Source of the DNA: Candidatus Poribacteria bacterium
GTDB taxonomy: Bacteria > Poribacteria > WGA-4E > WGA-3G
Reading direction: 5' to 3'
Assembly (NCBI GenBank): GCA_965198235.1
Contig: OZ240248.1
Location: forward strand, 1,664,001-1,728,000
DNA: 64,000 nucleotides
Shown here: positions 48,543 through 59,515 of the stretch, piece by piece
How the letters are laid out: every line of letters starts with the position of its first letter
Position numbering within the stretch: the stretch's first letter is position 1
Program-made: the position numbers and the translations under genes
Notes under the pieces: model-generated
The model's database searches: none
What the model was told of the DNA's origin: nothing
Seen by the model: only the letters and a program-made list of their open reading frames with translations

Positions 48543-49505
48543 CTACAATTTGCGAGCGACGCGCAATTTAGCACTCCGCGCTCGCGGGTTATGTTGAACT
48601 TCAACGGTGTCTGGTAATATAGGACGCTTCGTGAGAATTTCCAGAGATGCGGTGTGTTCGCAAATACAGATGGGCGTTTTCGGTGGACAGACGCACGCCC
48701 GTGCGCATGTCTGGAAACGGTGCTTGACTATTCTGTCTTCAAGTGAATGAAACGTGATTACACACAGACAACCGCCGGGTTTCAAAAGCTGTATCGCAAC
48801 GTCCAAACCCATCGCAAGATTTTCCAATTCGGCGTTGATATGAATGCGGAGTGCCTGAAATACACGAGTCGCAGGATGGATTTTGGATACGCCCTTGGGG
48901 ACGGCTCGCTTGACAATCTCTGCGAGTTGCGTTGTTGTCGCTATCGGTGTTTCTCGTCTCGTCTGGATAATCCGATAGGCAATCCGTTTCGCGAATCGTT
49001 CTTCGCCATACCGTTTGAAAATATCAACAAGGACATCCATTGGACTGTCGTTGACGACCTGCATGGCTGTGAGAGTCGCTTCCCGCTCTCTATTTAACAC
49101 CTGCCGCGCATTCATGCGCATATCTAACGGACCGGGACGGTTAAAACTGAAACCTCGGTGTGGTGCGTCCAGTTGCAAGGACGACACCCCTAAGTCAAGC
49201 AGGATCCCGTCTACAGCATGAACCGAGTGTCTTGCTAATAAGACATCCATTTCAGCAAAATTACCGTTAATGAGAGAACAACGCTCCCCGAAGACGTGTA
49301 ATCTACCTTTTGCGATAGTGAGTGCCTCAACATCTAAATCAATTCCGATCACACGCCCGTTCGGTGCGGAAGTCTCTAAAATAGCAGCACTATGCCCTCC
49401 GAGTCCCGCAGTGCCATCTATGTAAACACCCTCCGGTTTTGGTCTGAGAAAGTCAATTACTTTATCACATAAAACTGATATGTGGTGTGTATTCATAGTT
49501 TTCAC
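48543..49505 (-). CDS. rsmH: 16S rRNA m4C1402 methyltransferase
   Basis: DGT.G.GGHS, DLGVSS.QLD, LDMRM, FQALRI, FHSLEDR, NPRARSAKLR. Confidence 0.96.
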   Translation of the reverse strand: MKTMNTHHISVLCDKVIDFLRPKPEGVYIDGTAGLGGHSAAILETSAPNGRVIGIDLDVEALTIAKGRLHVFGERCSLINGNFAEMDVLLARHSVHAVDGILLDLGVSSLQLDAPHRGFSFNRPGPLDMRMNARQVLNREREATLTAMQVVNDSPMDVLVDIFKRYGEERFAKRIAYRIIQTRRETPIATTTQLAEIVKRAVPKGVSKIHPATRVFQALRIHINAELENLAMGLDVAIQLLKPGGCLCVITFHSLEDRIVKHRFQTCARACVCPPKTPICICEHTASLEILTKRPILPDTVEVQHNPRARSAKLRVARKL

Positions 49506-49526
49506 AAGTGACCTATCATTATAAGT

Positions 49527-49542
49527 AGCAAGAAACGTGCCA
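49527..49542 (-). promoter_or_regulatory. sigma54-type -24/-12 promoter upstream of rsmH/dcw
   Basis: TGGCACGTTTCTTGCT on minus strand. Confidence 0.55.
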
Positions 49543-49564
49543 ATTTATTTTACACTTTGGTTGT

Positions 49565-50531
49565 TCAAGCATCTATCCGATTTTGATAGATAGCCGTCAC
49601 GAGTTCCATCGTCTTGACTGCGTCCGCGAAACAGGTTAACGGTTGCTGATTCTGCTGGATACAGTCAACAAAATGTCTGCTCTCCCCGTAAAATCCATAA
49701 GCCCTATGTGAAGCATCAGATTCTGCGGCTTCTTCAGGGGTGATTTCAGTTGTGCCTTTGGGTGTATGAAGGATGGCGCGTCCACCAGCGTCGGGGTTGA
49801 TATAGGCGGAAATCTCGCGCGCATGCATCTCAAATGTATGGATACGTCCTCCAACTGACCAGTTGGTACAAAGATAACCTGAGGCACCACTGGTGAATTT
49901 AACGAGCGCGTTGAAACTGTTTTCACGCTCGGAGTAGAAACTATTGATGTCGCTCGCGACTGCTTTCACCTCACCACCGCCAAGCCATCGGAGTGCGTCC
50001 ACGGCGTGAATCGCATCACATGTTAGAACGTCTATCACACCGTCGTAGTAGCGTGCGTCCGGTGTGTTTTTGTGGAAGGTTGACATGCATTGAATGATCG
50101 GACCTTGCTTTTCGACTATCGTTTTGACCTTTTGCAAGAGTGGAATAAAGCGACGATTGAAACCTACCATTGACTTACAGTCGTTTTTCTCTGCGGCGCG
50201 TGCCATTTCCTTGGTTTGATGAAGTGTAACACCGGGGGGTTTCTCAATAAAAACGTGGTGCTGCTGTGAGAGACAGTGGATGACGAGCGGGAATAGGTGT
50301 TGCGGCGGCATGAGGATATACACCGCATCGGGACTCGTCTTCTCAAGCATCTGTTTATAGTCAGATAAACGTTTCTTCAATCTCAAAGCGTTCCGCTGTT
50401 GCCTGAAGTTTTGATGGGACCATATCACACAATCCAACAAGATTTACATCTTCACACTCTCTGAGCGACGGATAATGGACACCGTTTGCCATCCCGCCCG
50501 CGCCGATTAGCGCAATATTGATTTTTTTCAT
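49565..50531 (-). pseudogene. Gfo/Idh/MocA oxidoreductase with a single frameshift near 50367 (or sequencing error)
   Basis: ATG 50531 MKKINIALIGAGGMANGVH...EETFI* continues in another frame as SDYKQML...EKPP; GGAG RBS. Confidence 0.8.
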
Positions 50532-50644
50532 CTGGAGTCCTCCTAACGAATCTTTCCTTGCATATTATAGGAGAGAATGTTAAAATGCAACTAACTTCTG
50601 AATATTGACGCTACTTACTAACCAACGCAGACATCGACAACACA

Positions 50645-52336
50645 ATGAACGCTGATCCTATCAAACTTGAGCTTTATAAAAATATGCTGACCTCGGTTGC
50701 TGAGGAGATGGGTGTAACGCTGCAGCGTACAGCGTTCTCACCGAACATCAAGGAACGGCTTGATTTTTCATGTGCCGTGTTTGATAACATGGGTAAGATG
50801 GTTGCACAAGCCGCGCATATTCCTGTGCATCTCGGTTCCATGCCACTTTCGGTTCTTGCGGCTATTGCCCATACAGAAATGTTGCCCGGCGATATGATTG
50901 CCCTTAATGATCCATATCGCGGTGGCACTCACCTACCAGATATTACGCTCGTCGCCCCTGTCTTCTCAAATGAGGATATTGTTGAAGAAGAATCAAAAAA
51001 AGTGCGTAGCCTGAAACGAAGTGGAAGGCGGATATACGGAAAGGACTTTTCTTCACACAACCCGACTGAACGAACCGCAAGGAAAATTAAAAAACCTGTT
51101 TTCTTTGTCGCAAATCGCGCACACCACGCGGACGTGGGTGGGATGACGCCCGGTTCAATGCCGATTGCAACGAGTGTAATTCAGGAAGGCATCCGAATTC
51201 CACCCGTTAAACTCATCCGAGGTGGAGAATTGGACACCGACCTCTGGGAATTGATTCTCGCGAATGTCCGCACGCCTGAGGAGCGCCGTGGCGATATGGA
51301 AGCGCAGATCGCTGCGAATCGTGTCGGTGAACGGCGACTACAGGAGATGATGGGCAAGTATGGTGCGACAGAGATTACGGCGTACATGCAAGAACTCTGC
51401 GCGTATGCAAGTCGAATGGTCAGGGCACGCCTTCGGGAAATTCCGGATGGACGTTACACATACACTGATGTCCTTGATAATGACGGCATCACTGATGAGC
51501 CTATTGAGATACGGGTCGCGATTGAGATCGAAGATGATACCGCATTAGTTGACTTCACTGGCACGGCTAAGCAGGTCCAAGGTTCAGTTAACGCGATTTA
51601 CGCGATTACGCTCTCTGCTGTTTTTTATGCTTTTCGATGTATCGCTGGTGCAGACGTTCCTGCCAATGCTGGGTGTTTGGAACCGATCCGAGTTGTTGCG
51701 CCAGGGGGAACTGTTGTGAACGCAAAGTTTCCGGCAGCGGTTGCAGGGGGAAATGTCGAAACATCGCAGCGTATTGTTGATGTTCTGCTTGGGGCATTGG
51801 CGCAAGCGTGTCCTGATCAGATTCCCGCTGCGAGTTCCGGCACCATGAATAACCTCACAATAGGGGGTTATGATGTTTCGCGCGGGAAGGATTTTACCTA
51901 TTACGAGACTATTGCAGGTGGGATGGGCGGGCGCCCAAACCGGGACGGAATTGATGCCATCCATACGCATATGACCAATACGATGAACACGCCTATAGAG
52001 GCAATTGAGACGAACTATCCGATGCAGGTAGCGGCGTATGCGATTCGACATGGGACAGGCGGGGCAGGGAAATTCCGAGGAGGTGCAGGTGTCATTCGGG
52101 CACTACGCCTTCTTGCGAACGCGGAGGTCACCATCCTCTCAGAACGCCGGACGCGGGGTCCTTACGGCTTACAAGGCGGTGAACCGGGAAAACCGGGGCG
52201 TAACTTGCTGATCCGTGATGGCGTGGCGCAGCCCCTCACTGGCAAAGCAACCTTTTCTGCGCGCGAGGGTGATGTTATCCACATAGAAACACCCGGTGGT
52301 GGTGGATATGGGAACAAGGGAACAGCGAACTCCTGA
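50645..52336 (+). CDS. Hydantoinase B/5-oxoprolinase subunit with a repeat-derived in-frame insert
   Basis: [37 protein letters not shown]. Confidence 0.92.
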   Translation: MNADPIKLELYKNMLTSVAEEMGVTLQRTAFSPNIKERLDFSCAVFDNMGKMVAQAAHIPVHLGSMPLSVLAAIAHTEMLPGDMIALNDPYRGGTHLPDITLVAPVFSNEDIVEEESKKVRSLKRSGRRIYGKDFSSHNPTERTARKIKKPVFFVANRAHHADVGGMTPGSMPIATSVIQEGIRIPPVKLIRGGELDTDLWELILANVRTPEERRGDMEAQIAANRVGERRLQEMMGKYGATEITAYMQELCAYASRMVRARLREIPDGRYTYTDVLDNDGITDEPIEIRVAIEIEDDTALVDFTGTAKQVQGSVNAIYAITLSAVFYAFRCIAGADVPANAGCLEPIRVVAPGGTVVNAKFPAAVAGGNVETSQRIVDVLLGALAQACPDQIPAASSGTMNNLTIGGYDVSRGKDFTYYETIAGGMGGRPNRDGIDAIHTHMTNTMNTPIEAIETNYPMQVAAYAIRHGTGGAGKFRGGAGVIRALRLLANAEVTILSERRTRGPYGLQGGEPGKPGRNLLIRDGVAQPLTGKATFSAREGDVIHIETPGGGGYGNKGTANS

Positions 52337-52420
52337 ACTGGTGTTTTTATAATATTCATTCCAGAAATGTTGGGAAATCGGTGTTCGTCTCCAATGTCAT
52401 ATTCCCAAACAAAAATGAAG

Positions 52421-52934
52421 ACTTGAGTTGAGAATAAGCCGGATTCTGTATGTGACGGTCATTCATCTGGGATGGATGTTACCATCCACCTCAAGCGGTT
52501 ACCTGGGGACGAGGTGGGCACACCTGCGTATGTCCCCCATTTACCTTGCTCCAGATGGGGTTTACCGAGCTCCATAAGTCACCTTATGGACTGGTGCGCT
52601 TTTACCGCACCGTTTCACCTGTACAACGCTCTTTTAACCATCTGCCAATTTCTTCGCCTTCGTCCGTTGTCCGAAGGCGATCTTCTTTAAAATCAACAGT
52701 CCCACTATCTGCGGAATATATCACTTGATTTTAACACAACCCATTTTTTGACAACGTCAAAAAATGAACAAGAAGGCCCATAATTAAAAAAACGTTGTAG
52801 TCTACTCTCTGTTGCACTTTCCATAGCGTCGCCGCTCCTGGGTGTTACCCAGCATCTTGCCCTGTGGAGTCCGGACTTTCCTCATCCCAATAGTAAGATT
52901 ACGATCAGGACGCGACCATCTACTCAACTCAAGT
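52421..52934 (-). ncRNA. rnpB: RNase P RNA (type A) with a greatly extended P12
   Basis: Minus strand has GAGGAAAGUCCGG, GGAAAGUGCAACAGA, GGUAAACCCC, AGAUGAAUG, ACAGAAUCCGGCUUA; P1 gagttgag / ctcaactc. Confidence 0.95.
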
Positions 52935-52940
52935 GCTTCT

Positions 52941-52970
52941 ATTATACCCCATTCAACAACTTGATAGCAA
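52941..52970 (-). promoter_or_regulatory. sigma70-like promoter for rnpB
   Basis: TTGCTA-N18-TATAAT ending ~7 nt before the predicted 5' end. Confidence 0.55.
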
Positions 52971-53136
52971 CGAAATCGAGAAATATTCAGAAGTATTCAG
53001 TTGTCAGAGAAGAGATTGTCGGATATCCGTTTTTGATTGCTGGCAACTGCAGTGCAGTTGGGAAATTGCGGCAAAGGAAAGGGATAAAAAAAGGCGCGCT
53101 TTGGAAGCGCGCCTACAAAAACGTTATAGCAAAAGA

Positions 53137-56100
53137 TTAGGAACATCCACTCGTTGAACCACAATTCGTGCAGCGATAGCAGACACCACTTCTCACCATA
53201 AGGGAACCACATTCAAGGCACGGCGGGGCATCTGCATGTTGAAGCGAAATTTGCTTCTCATGCGCCAACCATGAATCTGTTTCACCGTTACTACCATGCC
53301 CGTAGGGATGGAGTTCCTCGGGAGGCACCATCTCTGCATCCGTGTCCAGGCTGTCGGTTCCTGCTGTCGGTTCCTGAGCGAGGAACTGTGTGCCGAGCCA
53401 CCGGAAAACGTAATCTATAATCGACTTCGCCATCGGAATGTCACGGTTAGATGTAAAGCCTGACGGTTCAAATCGGACATGGCTGAACTTATTAACGAGC
53501 GACTCTAACGGCACACCGTACTGCAACGCAATAGAGGTGAGGACCGCGACAGAGTCCATCAGTCCAGAGACAGCTGTTCCTTCTTTGCTCATGCGAAGGA
53601 AAACTTCTCCAGGACTACCATCTTCATAAAACCCAACATGGATGTAGCCTTCATGACCCCCAACGCTAAATTTGTGCGTGAGAGAGGAACGCGTGTCTGA
53701 GAGACGCTTCCTGATGGGACGTTCGGTGGAAGTCTCGGCAATAGCCTCATCGGTTTTACTCTCCGTATCCTGTTGGCTTCGGGTTGAAAGTGGTTGGCTA
53801 CCTTTGCTACCATCACGATAAACGGCGAGACATTTGACACCGCGTCGCCACGCTTCCACGTATAACGTTTTGATGTCATCTACGGTTGCGTCGTGCGGGA
53901 CGTTGACGGTCTTGGAGATAGCACCAGAGATGAAGGGTTGCACAGCCACCATTATTTTCAAGGGTCCCATGTGATTTATATAACGAGTTCCATGCTTACC
54001 ACACTGGACGGCGCAATCGAAAACGGTGTAGTGCGTCGGTGAGAGATGTGGCGCGCCCTCAACCGTGCCGGTACCACAGATGACTTCTTCAGCAATACTA
54101 ATTTCATCTTCGCTAAATCCAATTGCAGAGAGGAGGTTAAAACTGGGATCTGCTGCTTCTTCTTCGGTTATACCTAACCGCTCAAGACACTCTTCTCCGA
54201 GAAAGCCCGGGGCAAAGGCAAGATTTAGGTCGAACGCACTCGGTAACATCTCCGCAACGCGGGCGATATCTTCCGGTGTGAAGCCTTTCCGCTTCAATGT
54301 ATCCGCATTGATGTGCGGTGTCCCTTCAAAAGTACCTGTTCCGATGAGATACTTAATAATAGCCTCAGTTTGCTGGAGCGTATAATCTAAGTTGTGCAAG
54401 GCATCGCGAACGCTCTGGTTGACAATTTTCATGTACCCGCCGCCTGCCAACTTCTTGAATTTGACGAGAGCGAACTCCGGTTCAATCCCAGTCGTATCAC
54501 AATCCATCAGGAAAGAGATAGTTCCCGTCGGAGCGATAACACTAATTTGGGAATTCCGATAACCCCAACGTTCTCCCTTTTCAAGACAGACATCCCAATC
54601 CGCTTTTGCAGCATCCAAAAGGTCGGGTGGGCATGCTATCGAGTCGATACTGTAGGCGGCATCGCGGTGCATCCGCATAACGTCTAACATAGAGTCGCTA
54701 TTCTTCACATACCCAGCAAAAGGACCAATACTCCCCGCAATTTCGGCACTTGTTTGATACCCCTTACCACTCAGGATAGCAGTAATGGCACCTGCATAAG
54801 CACACGCTTGGTCACTGTCGTAAGGAATCCCTAAACGCATCAAGAGTGCGCCCAAGTTAGCGTAACCGAGTCCGAGGGGACGATATTCATGTGAACGTTG
54901 TGCGATATTTTCAGTCGGGTATGAGGAGAGATCTACGATGATCTCCATCGCAGTGGCGAACACACGAACGGTCGCGCGGAAACCCTCAATGTCAAAGGTA
55001 TTATCATCTCTCAAGAATTTGGCAAGGTTAATGCTGGCGAGGTTACAGGCAGAATCGTCTAAGAAGAGGTATTCACTACAGGGATTACTTGCGTTAATCC
55101 TACCTGTGTTTTTGCATGTATGCCAATTCTGAATCGTACTGTCAAACTGGACACCCGGATCTGCGCATGCCCACGCGGCATAGGCAATCTTTTCCATCAG
55201 TGTTCTGGCATCATATTCGTCGGCAACTTCACCACTCGTCCGGTACGTCGTTTTCCATGAATCTCCCTGTAAGTAGGCATTCATGAAATCATCTGGAATC
55301 CGGACGGAATTGTTGCTGTTCTGTCCGCTGACAGTGCTGTATGCCTCACCATTGAAATCGGCTGGATATCCTGCGGCGATGAGTGCCTTCGCCTTATTTT
55401 CTTCTCTTAGTTTCCAGTCAATATAGTCAGCGATCTCCGGGTGATCCATGTTGAGGATGACCATTTTGGCTGCGCGTCTTGTGGTGCCACCAGATTTGAT
55501 ACTGCCTGCCCATCGGTCGAAGCCTTCAAGGAATGAAAGGACCCCCGAACTCTCACCACCGCCGGAGAGGAGTTCACCCTTCGCGCGAACTTTGCTGAAG
55601 TTGGAGCCTGTGCCGCTGCCGTATTTAAAGAGACGCACTTCAGATCTCTGGAGCTCCAACATAGAGTCCAGAGAATCGTCAACGCTTTGAATGAAACATG
55701 CGGAATTTTGCGGGTGTTCATACGCATTGGTAGTGACCTTGACTTCCTGTGCGTCTCGGTCCCAATAGTAGTTGCCGCCGCCCCCTTCGATATTATATTC
55801 ATGCCACAAGCCGCAGTTAAACCAAACAGGCGAGTTGAAAGCACCCCGTTGTGTAACGAGGATATGCGTCAATTCCATCTCAAACGTCTCTGCGTCTTCA
55901 GGGGTAGCAAAATACCCCCCGAGTTCTTCGCCTGCGCGACGGAGCGTACGCGCCACACGGGTAACCAATTGGCGAGCACTGTCTTCTGATTCTGCCCCGG
56001 GGACTCCAGCTTTTCGGAAATATTTCGATGATGCAATATCTGTCGCGAGCTGGGTCCAGTTTTCCGGTACTTCAACCTGCTCTTGTTTAAAGATGACATC

Positions 56101-56280
56101 ACCCTTTTCATTGTAGATGACCGCGTCGCGACGTTCCCACTTCAACAGATCGTAGGGATGAACGCCGGACTTGGTAAAGTAGGGTGTGAAAGTAATCCCC
56201 GTTCGATTGCCTTCGTTCGACTGTTTTGGAGAGGTTGTCTCTTCGTCAACCCCTTTCGAATTATCAACCGTCATGCTCAT
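53137..56280 (-). CDS. nrdJ: Class II (adenosylcobalamin-dependent) ribonucleotide reductase
   Basis: FNSPVWFN, SACFI, GGTTRRAA, NPCSE, ACNL, APTGTI, YRDG; C-terminal TSCPD-like region and Zn ribbon. Confidence 0.95.
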   Translation of the reverse strand: MSMTVDNSKGVDEETTSPKQSNEGNRTGITFTPYFTKSGVHPYDLLKWERRDAVIYNEKGDVIFKQEQVEVPENWTQLATDIASSKYFRKAGVPGAESEDSARQLVTRVARTLRRAGEELGGYFATPEDAETFEMELTHILVTQRGAFNSPVWFNCGLWHEYNIEGGGGNYYWDRDAQEVKVTTNAYEHPQNSACFIQSVDDSLDSMLELQRSEVRLFKYGSGTGSNFSKVRAKGELLSGGGESSGVLSFLEGFDRWAGSIKSGGTTRRAAKMVILNMDHPEIADYIDWKLREENKAKALIAAGYPADFNGEAYSTVSGQNSNNSVRIPDDFMNAYLQGDSWKTTYRTSGEVADEYDARTLMEKIAYAAWACADPGVQFDSTIQNWHTCKNTGRINASNPCSEYLFLDDSACNLASINLAKFLRDDNTFDIEGFRATVRVFATAMEIIVDLSSYPTENIAQRSHEYRPLGLGYANLGALLMRLGIPYDSDQACAYAGAITAILSGKGYQTSAEIAGSIGPFAGYVKNSDSMLDVMRMHRDAAYSIDSIACPPDLLDAAKADWDVCLEKGERWGYRNSQISVIAPTGTISFLMDCDTTGIEPEFALVKFKKLAGGGYMKIVNQSVRDALHNLDYTLQQTEAIIKYLIGTGTFEGTPHINADTLKRKGFTPEDIARVAEMLPSAFDLNLAFAPGFLGEECLERLGITEEEAADPSFNLLSAIGFSEDEISIAEEVICGTGTVEGAPHLSPTHYTVFDCAVQCGKHGTRYINHMGPLKIMVAVQPFISGAISKTVNVPHDATVDDIKTLYVEAWRRGVKCLAVYRDGSKGSQPLSTRSQQDTESKTDEAIAETSTERPIRKRLSDTRSSLTHKFSVGGHEGYIHVGFYEDGSPGEVFLRMSKEGTAVSGLMDSVAVLTSIALQYGVPLESLVNKFSHVRFEPSGFTSNRDIPMAKSIIDYVFRWLGTQFLAQEPTAGTDSLDTDAEMVPPEELHPYGHGSNGETDSWLAHEKQISLQHADAPPCLECGSLMVRSGVCYRCTNCGSTSGCS

Positions 56281-56378
56281 ACCTCTTTGGTTATCGGTGC
56301 ACTGCGAAAAGTGCTCCTGCGAAAACCGTCTTATGATAATGCATGCTTTGAAGCACGCTTATAAATATTCCGTAGTTA

Positions 56379-57659
56379 TTATTCATTTCTTTTTAAAACA
56401 ATTCTATGATAACGTTTCTTGCCAGCACGGAGTAGCAGTGCCTCATCCTCAAGCAGGTCGGTACCAACGACCATATCTATCGCACGATACTGTTTTTCGT
56501 TGATGTAGGCACCACCCTGCTGAACGAGCCGCCGCGCTTCGCTACGTGAATTTGCCAACCCGACTTCATGGAACAATTCCATGATTGGAATCCCGCTGTC
56601 AAGTCGTTCTGGTGTGATAACTGAAGTCGGCATCGCGGCTGCATCAAGGTTCCCACCACCAAACGCAGCGCGTGAGGCTGCTTGTGCTTTGTCCGCCTCT
56701 GCCTTTCCGTGGGCAAGTTTTGTGGCTTCATACGCGAGGACTTCTTTTGCCTCCCGAATTGCTTCATCTTCCAAATTACCGAGGTGTCGAATCTCATCCA
56801 TTGGGAGGAAGGTAAAATACGCTAAGAACCGGGAGACATCGCGGTCGTCCACGTTAATCCAATATTGATAGAATTCATACGGTGAGGTCCGTTCGGCATC
56901 AAGCCAAACTGCACCGCCTGCGGTTTTTCCCATCTTCGCGCCGCTCGCTGTAGTGAGTAGCGGAAAAGTGACTGCGTGAACACGTTCGCTTTTGACTCGA
57001 CGGACGAGATCGACACCAGCAAGAATATTGCCCCACTGGTCGTCCCCACCGAGTTGGAGACGGCACGCGTACTTCTGAAAAAGATATAAATAATCGTATG
57101 CTTGGAGCAGTTGATAGTTAAATTCAAGGAATGAAAGTCCAAGTTCACGTTCAAGACGTTGTCGATAACCTTCTGCCCGAATCATCTCATTAACTCGAAA
57201 GTGTTTACCGATGTTGCGTAGAAATTCGATGTAATTTACAGACAGTAGCCAGTCAGCGTTGTTAAGAAACCTTCCCGCTTTTGATGCAGTCTGGGATTCC
57301 TTGTTATTTGCTATTCCGTTATCAAGATTTAAGTAACGTTGCAACTGTGCAAGGATGTCTTTGCCGTTCGTTGAAATTTGTTCCTGCGACAACATTGGAC
57401 GCATTTCAGTCTTGTCTGTTGGGTCGCCAATCATTGTCGTGCCGCCCCCAATGATTGCAATCGGTTTGTGCCCGGCGCGTTGCAGGTGTGCCATCGCCAT
57501 TATGGGGACAAGACTTCCGACATGCAGACTCGGTGCTGTTGGATCAAAGCCGACGTAGTAGGTGACCTGTTCTTCACCTAACAAGCGCGTGACCTGTTCG
57601 GCATTCGTAGTCTGTTTGATAAAACCCCGTTCATTCAGGGCTTCAAAGACGTTGTCCAT
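56379..57659 (-). CDS. tyrS: Tyrosine--tRNA ligase
   Basis: GFDPTAPSLHVG, QLGG.DQWGN, KMGKT, C-terminal S4 domain. Confidence 0.96.
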   Translation of the reverse strand: MDNVFEALNERGFIKQTTNAEQVTRLLGEEQVTYYVGFDPTAPSLHVGSLVPIMAMAHLQRAGHKPIAIIGGGTTMIGDPTDKTEMRPMLSQEQISTNGKDILAQLQRYLNLDNGIANNKESQTASKAGRFLNNADWLLSVNYIEFLRNIGKHFRVNEMIRAEGYRQRLERELGLSFLEFNYQLLQAYDYLYLFQKYACRLQLGGDDQWGNILAGVDLVRRVKSERVHAVTFPLLTTASGAKMGKTAGGAVWLDAERTSPYEFYQYWINVDDRDVSRFLAYFTFLPMDEIRHLGNLEDEAIREAKEVLAYEATKLAHGKAEADKAQAASRAAFGGGNLDAAAMPTSVITPERLDSGIPIMELFHEVGLANSRSEARRLVQQGGAYINEKQYRAIDMVVGTDLLEDEALLLRAGKKRYHRIVLKRNE

Positions 57660-57951
57660 TGTTTATCCTGCTTCGATTTAAGTGTTTTTATTATAAGCAT
57701 TCGGTTGGTGCGTTTCGTATTGCGATATTGGAAACCTACAAACTCCACCCTACAACAGACCGTTTGTAGACCTAATACGCAAGAGGCACAATCGGAAATT
57801 TGATCGGAAATGTATGCTTACAATCTAACTCATGCAGAAATTGGGGAAAGGATTTCTTACCGAAATATCCTTAGCCAATATTATATAGAATTTTTGTAGC
57901 TCTGACAAGTAATTTTCTCTGAGACTTTTGACGTTTTTCAAACTTTTGGGA

Positions 57952-58530
57952 TTAACCCGAGGCGACCTCGACGCGTCTGTAGATGTCCTGCAAACCGAGT
58001 TCACAGCCTATGGAGAGAAGCGATAGGACATCCGCAAGTCCCTGGAATTCGGTCTGCAGCCACTCGGACCCTTGACGACAATAATGTTCAACGTGAACCT
58101 TGTCTTGGGAGATGAGAAGGTAATCTTTTAAGGAAGCAATTTGCTGATAATGCTCAAATTTCTCGCCTCTATCGTAAACTTCGGTTGAGGGGGAAAGCAC
58201 TTCCACGATGAGAGTTGGATTCAGAAGGGTGTCAAAAGTATTGTCTTCAGCGCGCGGTTCACCACAAACAACGACAACATCGGGGTAAAAATAGGAGTCT
58301 ATTTGGGTAACCTTCACCCGCATATCGCTTGCAGCGACTTGACACTCTCCTCCGATTAATTGGTTGTAGAGTTGATTCGCCACATTCATTGTGAGGAAAT
58401 TATGCGCGAAGCTTGCACCCGACATTGCGACTATCTGTCCGTTCAGATATTCGTGTTTCGTCGTCGCCTTGCGCTCAAAAGCGAGATATTCTTCAGGTGT
58501 TAGGTAGGTTCGGGCTGCAGCGGATGCCAT
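57952..58530 (-). CDS. Uma2 (DUF820) family endonuclease-like protein
   Basis: EYL.FE, HEYLNG, YPDV.VVC, VEVLSPST..YDRGEK. Confidence 0.9.
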   Translation of the reverse strand: MASAAARTYLTPEEYLAFERKATTKHEYLNGQIVAMSGASFAHNFLTMNVANQLYNQLIGGECQVAASDMRVKVTQIDSYFYPDVVVVCGEPRAEDNTFDTLLNPTLIVEVLSPSTEVYDRGEKFEHYQQIASLKDYLLISQDKVHVEHYCRQGSEWLQTEFQGLADVLSLLSIGCELGLQDIYRRVEVASG

Positions 58531-58611
58531 GCATGCCTCCATAAATCTTGCTTCAGAGGGGTGCCGGTTCCGAGAGAGAAACCGGCAGTGCGAGTTACGA
58601 AAAAAATGCGT

Positions 58612-59346
58612 CTATTCTTCTTCGTCTTCCGCATAAGAGTGTCCGCTGAAAATTGCACGGACCTGCTTTGCTGTCTTCGGACCTGAGAGCAGTTTCCCAA
58701 TCCGATCGCCCTCTTCTTCAAGCAATGCCTTGACGTTCGTCAGGACCGCCTCCAGTTTATCCGCCGGAAACTTACATGCGCCGTTCTCATCCATGTGGAT
58801 AATTTCACCCGGTGCGACATCCATCCCTGCTATTGCAACTGGGACGTTGACAGCATGAACCGCCATCGCACCGTGCCCAGGCGTGATACCGCTTAACAGA
58901 TACTGAAACTCCATTGGCCGAATTTCGTCAATATCGCGCGACGGACCATTCGAGATCGCCCCCAGACAGCCGATTGATTTCATTGCCGCCGTCATGTTAC
59001 CACCCGCTAAACCGACCTTATTCGCGAACTCGGGTGGGAATTTCTGCTGAAATGCGAAAATCGTCGGTTGCTTAGAGGTGCCCAACGCATCAATGACATC
59101 CATAAAAGAGAGTTCCGAGTAGTTCGGATCCGGTATACCGTAGACGCACGTCACGGCGTAACCGGCAACGGCTCCAAGCTCAGGGTACATACAACGGAGG
59201 GTTGTATCCGTATACCAATTCTCCGTCCATGGATTATAGAGTCCAAGGCAAAGGGGGTTCCCCGGATACGTAGCCACCACGTTTGTGATTGAAGGCGTAT
59301 CATATTTGCGCAGTTCTGCCAACATTTCCTGCTCTGTTAATGCCAT
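58612..59346 (-). CDS. RraA-like/HMG aldolase family protein
   Basis: GYAVT, GG.M, G..RD..EI, V.PGEIIH.D.NG. Confidence 0.8.
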   Translation of the reverse strand: MALTEQEMLAELRKYDTPSITNVVATYPGNPLCLGLYNPWTENWYTDTTLRCMYPELGAVAGYAVTCVYGIPDPNYSELSFMDVIDALGTSKQPTIFAFQQKFPPEFANKVGLAGGNMTAAMKSIGCLGAISNGPSRDIDEIRPMEFQYLLSGITPGHGAMAVHAVNVPVAIAGMDVAPGEIIHMDENGACKFPADKLEAVLTNVKALLEEEGDRIGKLLSGPKTAKQVRAIFSGHSYAEDEEE

Positions 59347-59367
59347 AATGAATATTCCTTTTTATTA

Positions 59368-59515
59368 CCTGTCAGTCATCAAGTTGCTTGCTGTGTTGGC
59401 TGTCAGTCATCGGCAAAGGATGTGCTGTGGTAGGTGAAAACACTTGTAGTGTTACTGTAGGTGAGGTTTGAAACCCCAATACTGACCACTGATTGCTGAT
59501 AGCCGATAGCCGACA
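59368..59515. repeat. Heptamer-armed element (family B) containing a REP half
   Basis: Left ctgtcagtcatc x2; right ctgattgctgatagccgatagccgac; internal gtaggtgaggtttgaaacc. Confidence 0.55.

Noticed and set aside
52472-52728. ORFs overlapping 52.4-52.9 kb
   Set aside because: The region is rnpB on the minus strand.
53137-56378. Intein in NrdJ, or an upstream cobalamin riboswitch or NrdR box
   Set aside because: No intein splice motifs were seen; the ~100-bp leader shows no such consensus.
57270-57325. Short inserts in TyrS (also MurD, FtsQ, FtsI, RsmH) as further repeat-derived peptides
   Set aside because: No matching intergenic copy could be found in this window, so the claim is unsupported.
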